This document shows positions 38,299-45,250 of a stretch of DNA of 48,137 nucleotides, in pieces. The DNA lies in IMG/VR virus record IMGVR_UViG_3300020366_000010, positions 1 to 48,137 of that record; one strand, written 5' to 3'. The translations under genes were made by a program, and so were the position numbers. This DNA is from a virus (Duplodnaviria; Caudoviricetes). The notes under the pieces are model-generated. The model did not search any database. It saw only the letters and a list, made by a program, of their open reading frames with translations, and was not told the origin of the DNA. Numbering within the stretch: position 1 is the stretch's first letter; each line of letters starts with the position of its first letter.

Positions 38299-38487
38299 TC
38301 ACGCATAATGTCTATACGCAAGCGCATCATATGTTTCTTGCGCGTTGCGATCATATTCCTCGTCGAGATCTAGATCATCTAGATGTGATGTTTGTGCATA
38401 TGATTGCACCCAGGCATCATAAGTCTCGTCGAGATCGTATGTGTATTCTGGCACATATGTATAGTCGAGATCGTAATCGTCGTACAT
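38299..38487 (-). CDS. 62-aa Asp/Tyr-rich acidic protein
   Basis: ORF directly downstream of a consensus sigma70 promoter. Confidence 0.7.
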   Translation of the reverse strand: MYDDYDLDYTYVPEYTYDLDETYDAWVQSYAQTSHLDDLDLDEEYDRNAQETYDALAYRHYA

Positions 38488-38568
38488 AATCCTCGTCGAG
38501 ATTCTTGTGTATTATACTGATAACTCGTCGAGATGTCAACTAGAAGAACTAGAAGGTCTCGTCGAGAT
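38359..38568. repeat. Array of CTCGTCGAGAT interrupted palindromes
   Basis: Exact copies at 38359, 38425, 38492, 38524 and 38558; partial GTCGAGAT at 38464. Confidence 0.9.
38511..38539 (-). promoter_or_regulatory. Perfect sigma70 promoter TTGACA-N17-TATAAT
   Basis: TTGACA tctcgacgagttatcag TATAAT on minus strand, upstream of the 62-aa ORF. Confidence 0.9.
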
Positions 38569-38578
38569 TCATAACCTT

Positions 38579-38586
38579 TATTTATA
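38579..38586 (-). promoter_or_regulatory. T4-type late promoter consensus TATAAATA
   Basis: Exact match just upstream of the repeat array. Confidence 0.45.
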
Positions 38587-38639
38587 CACTTCTCGAATGA
38601 AATGTTACGATTCTCACATTTTTTTCTGCGCCCGGTGGG

Positions 38640-38668
38640 TTGACAAAGCGCCCGCCTTATGATACGCT
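38640..38668 (+). promoter_or_regulatory. Plus-strand sigma70 promoter TTGACA-N17-TACGCT (TG-extended)
   Basis: TTGACA aagcgcccgccttatga TACGCT; no plus-strand gene downstream. Confidence 0.65.
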
Positions 38669-38802
38669 CGCTAAACCCACAAGACCTGAGCACATTTACA
38701 AGCACTTAAAACCCTTCTGAGACCCTCTGAAGACACTCCACAGCAACCACACAGTATCTCAGACACAAAAAAGTGTTTTATATTTATTCTTACATTAAAA
38801 AC

Positions 38803-39009
38803 CTATTTTTTAATATATTCTGTATCAACCGATACTGTTCTATTACTATCCCAGTGCCTAACTACCCCTGCAACAATGAAGGAGTTAGTTACCATATAGG
38901 AGACAAAGATAACTGTCCTTACTAACGCAATCCAGTTATCATATTTCTCTGTTTTACTATCACTGAAACTACCCAGAGAGTATTTCCACACTAATAAAAT
39001 TTCTTTCAT
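38803..39009 (-). CDS. Small single-TM membrane protein
   Basis: WKYSLGSFSD.KT..YDN motif followed by a hydrophobic helix. Confidence 0.75.
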   Translation of the reverse strand: MKEILLVWKYSLGSFSDSKTEKYDNWIALVRTVIFVSYMVTNSFIVAGVVRHWDSNRTVSVDTEYIKK

Positions 39010-39014
39010 TTACA

Positions 39015-40241
39015 CTATGCTTTCTTCAACTTCAATGCTTTAATAACATCCGCAGGTTTCTTAGGATTAGTTACTTCCTTATACTGATAGTTTAACTTAT
39101 CCTCTCTATGCTTATTGTCTTCACTGAATGGATACATTGCCTTACCTGTTCTTGCTGCATCATATGCTGCCTTTCTATTAGATAATTGCTTTAATATCTC
39201 CATTTCTGTCTTTACAGTCATCAATGGATTCTTTTTCTTTATTGACCTAGGTACTACCATTTGTTCGTCAAACAATCCAGGATACTTATCCTTATTCTTA
39301 TCAACTGCTCTACTCATTCTTCTCTGTAACTCTAAACCTTTCTTTGTTGGTTGTTTAGGTGTTCTAAGACTTTGAATAATCTTATCTCCTACTTGTTGTT
39401 TGATTGTATTAACTGTTCTTGTAAGATCATCATAGTTTCTAACACCTGCCTTTCTCATTAACTGTGCTGCTACTCTAAACTTATTCTCTGTAACTAATCC
39501 CTGTTTGATTAACTCATCCTTTTGCTTTTGTGGGATGTTCATTCCATCCAGTTCTGCTCTGCTAATTGTCTTTCTTTCACCTTTAGGTGTAGTTCTTGTA
39601 CTTGTAGTGGTAGAACTCTTCTGTAATCTATTAACTCTTCTTCTTGGAGAATTTCTTACACTCTGAATCAATGCATCCAATCTATCATCAAATCCTTTCT
39701 CCATCCTTTGTGCTGTATCAGTCTTAGGTCCAGTTCTAGGTGCAGCAGAAGATGGTTGTAATCTTCTTTGTGTTAATGTAGGTACTTTTGGTTGTTGTTT
39801 GCCTAACTTACTAGCAGGTAGAGATTTGATTGTCGTCCTTGAAGTTGGTGCTGGTTGTATTAAATCCTTTCCTTCTACCTTTCTCATAAAGTTTTGAAGA
39901 GATAATCCCCCTGCTTTACGGTTTGCGCTTGCGCTTAATCGTCTTTGTTGGGATGATAACTTTATCTCTTTAACCTTTGGTTTAGTTGTTGAGGGCAATG
40001 CATCCTTTACCTTGGTTGCCGTGTTTTGATTGACGAAACCTTTCCTTCTCAATTCACTCTCAAAGTTTTTAATTGAGCGCCAGTCTGATGAAGTTTTGGG
40101 GGCGCTGATCTGATGCCCTAAGTTATCTCTAAACTTCAGATGCTTTCCCTTACTTGGCACTAACTTCGCGCCCCATTGCATTGCCTTCTTAATGAAGACC
40201 TTCATTGCTTTTGTATATGCTTCGTCAAGTATTATGCTCAC
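39015..40241 (-). CDS. 408-aa basic protein with N-terminal HicA-like domain; possible head-internal protein
   Basis: GAKLVPSKGKHLKFRD..G..IS.P.T.SDWRSIKNFESELRR.G pattern; GTG start (alternative ATG at 40205); CTAAATA upstream. Confidence 0.6.
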   Translation of the reverse strand: MSIILDEAYTKAMKVFIKKAMQWGAKLVPSKGKHLKFRDNLGHQISAPKTSSDWRSIKNFESELRRKGFVNQNTATKVKDALPSTTKPKVKEIKLSSQQRRLSASANRKAGGLSLQNFMRKVEGKDLIQPAPTSRTTIKSLPASKLGKQQPKVPTLTQRRLQPSSAAPRTGPKTDTAQRMEKGFDDRLDALIQSVRNSPRRRVNRLQKSSTTTSTRTTPKGERKTISRAELDGMNIPQKQKDELIKQGLVTENKFRVAAQLMRKAGVRNYDDLTRTVNTIKQQVGDKIIQSLRTPKQPTKKGLELQRRMSRAVDKNKDKYPGLFDEQMVVPRSIKKKNPLMTVKTEMEILKQLSNRKAAYDAARTGKAMYPFSEDNKHREDKLNYQYKEVTNPKKPADVIKALKLKKA

Positions 40242-40273
40242 GGCGCGACTCGTCTCGGAAAAAACCTCGGAAG

Positions 40274-40280
40274 TATTTAG
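40274..40280 (-). promoter_or_regulatory. Late promoter variant CTAAATA
   Basis: In the intergenic gap upstream of the 408-aa ORF. Confidence 0.5.
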
Positions 40281-40283
40281 AAT

Positions 40284-40586
40284 CTACTGAGGATCAAGGT
40301 ATCTACCTTCCTGACTCTTATAGTCTTCTATGTCTATTGGACCTCTCCTATTTTTGATATATTCTAATTCGTTCCAAAACTGTGGGAAACATACAACCAA
40401 GCAATGAACTTTCTTATGCTTCTCATTCTTTGTGTACTCACACTTGGGTTTGTCCTTTACACCAACTTCAATCGTGATGTAATAGTTACTGACAAAATAC
40501 ACCCACCCTTCTGTTACTCTTCCTAGTGAATCTGTCCACTTGACATAATCATCAAGTTGAGGAGAATAAGAGTTGTTCAAGTCCAT
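40284..40586 (-). CDS. Hypothetical protein (100 aa)
   Basis: Y.PQLDDYVKW...EGWVYF...YITIEVG motif; operon packing. Confidence 0.8.
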   Translation of the reverse strand: MDLNNSYSPQLDDYVKWTDSLGRVTEGWVYFVSNYYITIEVGVKDKPKCEYTKNEKHKKVHCLVVCFPQFWNELEYIKNRRGPIDIEDYKSQEGRYLDPQ

Positions 40587-40848
40587 TGAGGTTCAGTTGC
40601 ATTGCGGTGTATGGTGTAGTATTCTTTATATCAACTATATCACCCTGCTTGGTCGAATTAACTGGTGCGTGGTAGGTTCCTTTTTTGGTGTTGTAGAATC
40701 CCCAGATACAATGACATTCATTAAAATCATTGTAATTAAACCCACGCTCATAAACAGTCCAAATTGCAATAGTAGAAGCGTTCTTGCGAATCGCTTCGTA
40801 TCTGTATCCTGTTGGTGGTTCATGATGAAAATCAATCGGTAATTCCAT
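40552..40848 (-). CDS. Hypothetical protein (98 aa, start corrected)
   Basis: MELPIDFHHEPP.GY.Y...IWGFY.......APVNS...TTPYTAMQLNL. Confidence 0.75.
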   Translation of the reverse strand: MELPIDFHHEPPTGYRYEAIRKNASTIAIWTVYERGFNYNDFNECHCIWGFYNTKKGTYHAPVNSTKQGDIVDIKNTTPYTAMQLNLNGLEQLLFSST

Positions 40849-41014
40849 CGGGGATTGCACGAAGTGAATTAGGGTTATACTCTTCATGTTCAATCAACAT
40901 GCTGAGTGCTTCCTGTGCTTGTTCTTTTGTTAAACCTTCATACTTACCCAGTGGTTCAACAATCTCCCATCCAGTTGTTTGTAACTCTTCCAATCGGTAC
41001 GTTTTTTGTGTCAT
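40832..41014 (-). CDS. Hypothetical protein (60 aa)
   Basis: YRLEE..TTGW...LTKEQA...YNPN.LR motif. Confidence 0.75.
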   Translation of the reverse strand: MTQKTYRLEELQTTGWEIVEPLGKYEGLTKEQAQEALSMLIEHEEYNPNSLRAIPDGITD

Positions 41015-41019
41015 GGTTC

Positions 41020-41253
41020 TTAAGTGGTAAAAGCATCAATAATCCCAGACTCATGTTCATCCAACAAAGAGAACTTCTGGGCACGAAGTATATTAGGCAT
41101 GATACGATCCTCATACCCAGGGATACCCAGTTCATCATCATCAGCACACAATTCAAATGCTTCAGTGTCAGAACCAGCAATCAAGTTTACAACTCCGCCA
41201 TACTCAGATTGTGGAAACGGAACCCAGTAATCAACGATGTAAAGACTCTTCAT
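41020..41253 (-). CDS. Hypothetical protein (77 aa)
   Basis: YIVDYWVPFPQSEYGG motif; ATGA coupling to upstream ORF. Confidence 0.8.
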   Translation of the reverse strand: MKSLYIVDYWVPFPQSEYGGVVNLIAGSDTEAFELCADDDELGIPGYEDRIMPNILRAQKFSLLDEHESGIIDAFTT

Positions 41254-41435
41254 TGCTCCTTTTGATCTTTTTTAATTTTACCAGCGATTGATTGATTCGT
41301 CAACTGACGTTCTAATTCATAAAAGACAGTGTTCAAATGCATGAACATATACTGCTCATACGGATTTCCTTTAATCAGTTCAATGATGCCTTCAACCTGA
41401 TACTTTGCCAGGATTAACTTTGTGATGTCATCCAT
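41250..41435 (-). CDS. Hypothetical protein (61 aa, start corrected)
   Basis: MDDITKLILAK...ELERQLTN. Confidence 0.7.
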   Translation of the reverse strand: MDDITKLILAKYQVEGIIELIKGNPYEQYMFMHLNTVFYELERQLTNQSIAGKIKKDQKEQ

Positions 41436-41589
41436 AACGTAACCTGTCCTCATACATTTTGATTTTGTCCATCAATCTGTAATGATTTACTGAGGGGGCA
41501 ACATGTTCGCGACCCCTAGCAATAGTATAAGAATCGGTAGAACGTAAAACATGGTTCAAATACTTAAGTTCTTCAGCGTTAAAATTCAT
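41428..41589 (-). CDS. 53-aa hypothetical protein
   Basis: Manual translation MNFNAEELKYLNHVLRSTDSY...MYEDRLRYG; overlaps both neighbours. Confidence 0.65.
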   Translation of the reverse strand: MNFNAEELKYLNHVLRSTDSYTIARGREHVAPSVNHYRLMDKIKMYEDRLRYG

Positions 41590-41771
41590 TCTACAAACTC
41601 CTGGATATAATAATCAACGGTCACTTCAAGTTCTGCTGCTCTCTCTTCAAAAAATTGATTGGTGTATTCTTCTGCTTCCTTCCACTTTTCATGGGCATCA
41701 ATCTCAGTCTCTGCATGTTGCAGGAAGTCATCAAATGCTTTGATGAACATTTCAATGTCTTGGTCGTTCAT
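41586..41771 (-). CDS. Acidic hypothetical protein (61 aa, start corrected)
   Basis: MNDQDIEMF...EERAAELEVTVDYYIQEF. Confidence 0.75.
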   Translation of the reverse strand: MNDQDIEMFIKAFDDFLQHAETEIDAHEKWKEAEEYTNQFFEERAAELEVTVDYYIQEFVE

Positions 41772-41772
41772 T

Positions 41773-41979
41773 TCAGAAGGAAGGTTCGCAATCATAACTT
41801 AAACAAAGTGTTGTCTGGTCCATGTTATCATAGACCTCTTTTAGTCTGTCGTGAAGTGAACTTGCACTGCCATATTCTTTGGCAATGATATTTTGATCGT
41901 GATGCGATAAGAGTTGTAGAGCGGACAGAATTACACCTAATTCGTGGACGTTGAGTGGAACCTGCTTTTCGTGAGTCAT
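41773..41979 (-). CDS. Hypothetical protein (68 aa)
   Basis: LNVHELGVILSALQLL motif; TG-extended TATAAT at about 42007-42015. Confidence 0.75.
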   Translation of the reverse strand: MTHEKQVPLNVHELGVILSALQLLSHHDQNIIAKEYGSASSLHDRLKEVYDNMDQTTLCLSYDCEPSF

Positions 41980-42012
41980 TCTACTTAATTGAACTCTACA
42001 ACTCTAATTATA

Positions 42013-42189
42013 TCACATCAAACGCCGCAAGTCTTCTACTGCTCCTTGCATCGCTGACCGTGCAAATCCTGTAGCATAGGGCCAACCTTCATCCTCATTC
42101 TCTGGTGCAGTGTGACATACATTGATTGCATCTTGCAGGCGTCCGATGATAAGGTCCAGTTCCTGTTTGGTCACGTTCATTTCACACAT
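42013..42189 (-). CDS. 58-aa hypothetical protein
   Basis: Manual translation MCEMNVTKQELDLIIGRLQDAINVC...GWPYATGFARSAMQ... Confidence 0.7.
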   Translation of the reverse strand: MCEMNVTKQELDLIIGRLQDAINVCHTAPENEDEGWPYATGFARSAMQGAVEDLRRLM

Positions 42190-42334
42190 TGGTCAGTTGC
42201 TCCTGTTGTTTGCGAAGAAAGGCGATTTCCATGTTAATCTGTTGAACCTCTTGCAGAAGTTTCAACTTACGCTTTGACAATGCAATGATGCTTTTGTCAA
42301 GTTCACCAATGTTCATTTCAAGTTGTGGTGTCAT
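42182..42334 (-). CDS. 50-aa coiled-coil hypothetical protein
   Basis: Manual translation MTPQLEMNIGELDKSIIALSKRKLKLLQEVQQINMEIAFLRKQQEQLTNV; TGATG coupling. Confidence 0.65.
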   Translation of the reverse strand: MTPQLEMNIGELDKSIIALSKRKLKLLQEVQQINMEIAFLRKQQEQLTNV

Positions 42335-42618
42335 CAAACCATCTCCTGTTGCATGATCATATACTGCTCTTCAGTGACTTCATCCACACACTCTTGAATG
42401 ACAGTGTAGATGTAATCAATGTTGCCAACATCATTGAAGATACGTTCTGACAGTTCAGGAGTAATTTCTTCAGGAAGATACACCGGTTCATCATCATCTT
42501 TGTCACGAATCATACAATCTTCAGCAGTGTAGATCCATGCACCACAATGTGCATCTTCACCTTGATTTTGAATGAGTTGATCAACTCGATCACGAAGTTG
42601 TTTGAGAGTGTAGTTCAT
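42334..42618 (-). CDS. Hypothetical protein (94 aa)
   Basis: MNYTLKQL..RV..LI..QGEDA.C.AWIYT.ED motif; TGATG coupling. Confidence 0.8.
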   Translation of the reverse strand: MNYTLKQLRDRVDQLIQNQGEDAHCGAWIYTAEDCMIRDKDDDEPVYLPEEITPELSERIFNDVGNIDYIYTVIQECVDEVTEEQYMIMQQEMV

Positions 42619-42809
42619 CAGTTTGCGGGAGTGATTTCGTACTCAGTGAAGTTTGGGTATTGTTGTTCTACCCACTTGGACAACTTTGCGTTCTGTGCTT
42701 TAACTCCTTTGGATGTTTTTGGTGTGGTGGGCATTGTCTTGTAGAAAGAACAAATGCCCTCATCAGTTGTTACATTGATGATGTAAGTTGCTGCTGTTGT
42801 CTCCATCAA
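42618..42809 (-). CDS. Hypothetical protein (about 62 aa)
   Basis: Coupled to neighbours by overlapping start/stop codons. Confidence 0.7.
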   Translation of the reverse strand: MMETTAATYIINVTTDEGICSFYKTMPTTPKTSKGVKAQNAKLSKWVEQQYPNFTEYEITPAN

Positions 42810-43048
42810 ACAAGTGCCTCCATCTTGATACCATTTTCAGCGAAAGCATCAGCAACCATACCACACAATGCGGTAACTTCAAAGTCACTCATTTCCCACA
42901 GTTCACCAGCAATCTCAATCTGTTCCTGAATCTGTTCGGAAACAGTCAGCATTGCAGCGATTTGTTCTTGGTTCATTTCAACTTTGGATGGCATTTCATT
43001 CTCCCAAAAATCAATCCAGTCGGCAGAAGTTGCTTCAGTGACAGTCAT
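42806..43048 (-). CDS. Acidic early hypothetical protein (80 aa, start corrected)
   Basis: ATG at 43048 follows the conserved leader TCAGTTCAAACAAACCA. Confidence 0.75.
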   Translation of the reverse strand: MTVTEATSADWIDFWENEMPSKVEMNQEQIAAMLTVSEQIQEQIEIAGELWEMSDFEVTALCGMVADAFAENGIKMEALV

Positions 43049-43069
43049 TGGTTTGTTTGAACTGAGTTC

Positions 43070-43128
43070 AGTATAGGTCAAAGTGCCGCCAGTTGGCGAC
43101 GACGGAGGACAGTTCCGTAAGTGGATGC
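43070..43128 (-). promoter_or_regulatory. Early promoter element 8: GAGGACAGTT-ccgt-AAGTGGATGC (43105-43128) plus -10 TATACT
   Basis: 29-nt spacer; embedded in the 3' end of the upstream ORF. Confidence 0.65.
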
Positions 43129-43302
43129 CTGGTCATCGTAGAACGCCTCTACCATGCCATCATTCCCACGCCACAGAGAAGCAACCTCACGGCACTCCTT
43201 AGCGGCATACATCAACTCGGCAATGGTCATGGACTCTGCCTTGCTCTCCCAGTTTTGGAAGTCTTCAACAGTAGCGTGACGACGGAGAGGGCGATAGGTC
43301 AT
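43078..43302 (-). CDS. Early hypothetical protein (74 aa, start corrected)
   Basis: MTYRPLRRHATVEDF... after the conserved leader. Confidence 0.75.
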   Translation of the reverse strand: MTYRPLRRHATVEDFQNWESKAESMTIAELMYAAKECREVASLWRGNDGMVEAFYDDQASTYGTVLRRRQLAAL

Positions 43303-43324
43303 TGCCTTTGTTTGAACTGAAGTC

Positions 43325-43383
43325 AGTATAGGGTACAGGCAGGAGCGAATCACCCGCCTAGTGACACTTACTCAACTGGCACA
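43325..43383 (-). promoter_or_regulatory. Early promoter element 9: AGTGACACTT-actc-AACTGGCACA (43360-43383) plus -10 TATACT
   Basis: 29-nt spacer; full leader. Confidence 0.8.
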
Positions 43384-43587
43384 CCAGTTCTGCATCCATG
43401 CCGTAGTGTACTCTTCATCAGATTGTGGCATACCATTGTAGGTGTCCAACCACTCACCATACTCTTCATACAGTGCGCGGATGTTACCAACGTCTTCCAG
43501 TCGGTCACCTTCAACATAACTCTGACACAATGCGATAATGTGTTCGCACTGTTCCTCAATCATTGAAACGCGATCGTTGTCAGTCAT
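43372..43587 (-). CDS. Acidic early hypothetical protein (71 aa)
   Basis: ORF between two promoter elements; stop codon lies inside the palindrome. Confidence 0.75.
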   Translation of the reverse strand: MTDNDRVSMIEEQCEHIIALCQSYVEGDRLEDVGNIRALYEEYGEWLDTYNGMPQSDEEYTTAWMQNWCAS

Positions 43588-43607
43588 AATGCCTCTTGAA
43601 CAATATC

Positions 43608-43667
43608 AGTATAAGGGTGAATTGCCGCTCGCCGCGGCCAAGGTGTGCCAGTTATTGATTTGACACA
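43608..43667 (-). promoter_or_regulatory. Early promoter element 10: TGTGCCAGTT-attg-ATTTGACACA (43644-43667) plus -10 TATACT
   Basis: 30-nt spacer. Confidence 0.75.
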
Positions 43668-44554
43668 GAGAACCTCCCGTATTTGAAGTTGTATCGGGAG
43701 AATAGATCCCTTCTGATAAGTTTATATGTTCCGTACTCATTTGTCACCACATAACCCTCTGCACCGATGAATCGTTTGCCTAAGTATGCAAGAGGACCAC
43801 CAGATGTAGCGCAGAATGTTCTCCTATCGTCCGAAAATGACCGTACAAGCGTCCATAAACGCATTAAGTTCACATCACACTCGGCAACGTCCGCAAGTAC
43901 CTCAGGGTCCATCACAGCACTGACTTTTATGAAAGTGTTAATGACCTTCTCAATCTTCCGTGCTTTTGCTTTAGTATCTGCAAATTCTACAGTGGTTGCC
44001 ATTTGACGTGCAAACTTCACTTTGTCATCAAAATCACCTTCATCTTCCCATCCGTCAGGTTTAACGAACAGCACATCTTTATTGCTCTTAGGTGCAAGAA
44101 CCATGCAAGATGCTACAGCATCACGAAGGTCATTCTCAGCAACATATACTGTGTGCGGAGCAACAATAATACTCTGAATTACAAGGTCTTGGAAAACATA
44201 CCTGACAGAATTAGGTTTGTAGGTGTCTTCACCACCAAACCCAATAAAGTCACCTTGAAAAATACAATCAGTTCGTGGCAGACAATCAAAACAAGCGTGA
44301 AGAATGTCTGCTACTTCACCTTCATAATGCAGGTCAATCTCATCGTGAGAGTGTGCAATTCGCAGTTTCTTTTTGTTGAAGACTGCTTTAGTACCCACGA
44401 AAAAAGTCTTTGTCTGAGGATCTGTGCCCCAAACAATCGCAGGAGCACCATCAATCTTTACTGAAACTTCTCCACCTGTAGTGAACCAATCCAGTGCAGA
44501 TAGGTCACCCATAAGAATGGAATCTTCAGGATGTTGCAAGTGAAGGTTTTGCAT
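43652..44554 (-). CDS. Ligase-fold / covalent nucleotidyltransferase-like protein (DUF6267-like)
   Basis: N.HL.HPED, SVKIDGAPAIVWG (KxDG), FQGDF, EGYVV and YKL motifs. Confidence 0.65.
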   Translation of the reverse strand: MQNLHLQHPEDSILMGDLSALDWFTTGGEVSVKIDGAPAIVWGTDPQTKTFFVGTKAVFNKKKLRIAHSHDEIDLHYEGEVADILHACFDCLPRTDCIFQGDFIGFGGEDTYKPNSVRYVFQDLVIQSIIVAPHTVYVAENDLRDAVASCMVLAPKSNKDVLFVKPDGWEDEGDFDDKVKFARQMATTVEFADTKAKARKIEKVINTFIKVSAVMDPEVLADVAECDVNLMRLWTLVRSFSDDRRTFCATSGGPLAYLGKRFIGAEGYVVTNEYGTYKLIRRDLFSRYNFKYGRFSVSNQ

Positions 44555-44557
44555 GGT

Positions 44558-44764
44558 TCAGGCGTCAACAGTGAAGAACATGTGATCAGAGTCTAGCGTA
44601 GAAGCAGGACCAGTCCATCCAATAGAACCCATTGTAATATATTCATCCCTATCTTCTAGCAGAATAGTTGCAGTCTGATCCAAATAACGTTCAGGCAGTT
44701 CATTCAGAATTGCCTTCAGTTCGCGATAAGTTCCGCGATTCCAATCGTTTTGAGGGAGATACAT
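44558..44764 (-). CDS. Hypothetical protein (68 aa)
   Basis: TYRELK..L.ELPE..LDQTATI motif; TAATG coupling. Confidence 0.75.
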   Translation of the reverse strand: MYLPQNDWNRGTYRELKAILNELPERYLDQTATILLEDRDEYITMGSIGWTGPASTLDSDHMFFTVDA

Positions 44765-45045
44765 TACTTACCGACTCCATAATCAGAAGCAGTTGCTTCC
44801 AGTTCGCTGATAGTGGGTTCCAGAAGTTCAGGGTAGTAGTCTTTTACTTCTGTCACCAACTCTTCGTCACTGTATGTTTCAAGACTCTGTTCCAACATGT
44901 CATAAACATACTGGTACATGCTCTTGTGATCCATACCATCGATGATGCTTTCGATGTAGTCGTTTTGCAGTTGATCGCGGTTCATTTTTTTAATGTCAGG
45001 ATGGGGAGCGTAGAGTGGACCTTGATAGTTACCAGCGAAAGTCAA
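44764..45045 (-). CDS. Acidic hypothetical protein (start uncertain: 45045 or 44985)
   Basis: MNRDQLQ..YIESIIDGMD.K...YSDEEL..EV..YYPELL. Confidence 0.7.
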   Translation of the reverse strand: MTFAGNYQGPLYAPHPDIKKMNRDQLQNDYIESIIDGMDHKSMYQYVYDMLEQSLETYSDEELVTEVKDYYPELLEPTISELEATASDYGVGK

Positions 45046-45170
45046 TAGTCAATATCTCCGTTAATATACTCTTCAACATCAAACTTGCTTTCTTCATACA
45101 AGTCCCGCATTTCAGGAATGTCGAAGATTTCACCAGGAGCGTCAGCGATTTCTTGGAAAAGGTCGTTCAT
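45042..45170 (-). CDS. 42-aa acidic early protein
   Basis: Manual translation MNDLFQEIADAPGEIFDIPEMRDLYEESKFDVEEYINGDIDY; ATG follows the conserved leader. Confidence 0.75.
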   Translation of the reverse strand: MNDLFQEIADAPGEIFDIPEMRDLYEESKFDVEEYINGDIDY

Positions 45171-45191
45171 TGGTTTGTTTGAACTGAAGTT

Positions 45192-45250
45192 AGTATAGGG
45201 CAGGCAATGCTGCCCCAGTGGTTGCCTGTGCCAGTTTGATAACTGTCACA
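45192..45250 (-). promoter_or_regulatory. Early promoter element 11: TGTGCCAGTT-tgat-AACTGTCACA (45227-45250) plus -10 TATACT
   Basis: Best copy (9/10 arm symmetry); 29-nt spacer; full leader. Confidence 0.85.

Noticed and set aside
38359-38568. CTCGTCGAGAT repeats as a mini-CRISPR array
   Set aside because: Repeats are only 11 bp, gaps are irregular (21-56 nt), two copies lie in an ORF, and no cas genes are present
35534-40241. AbrB-like gene and HicA-like gene as a toxin-antitoxin pair
   Set aside because: They are over 3 kb apart in different transcription units, and AbrB/MazE-type proteins are not the cognate partners of HicA
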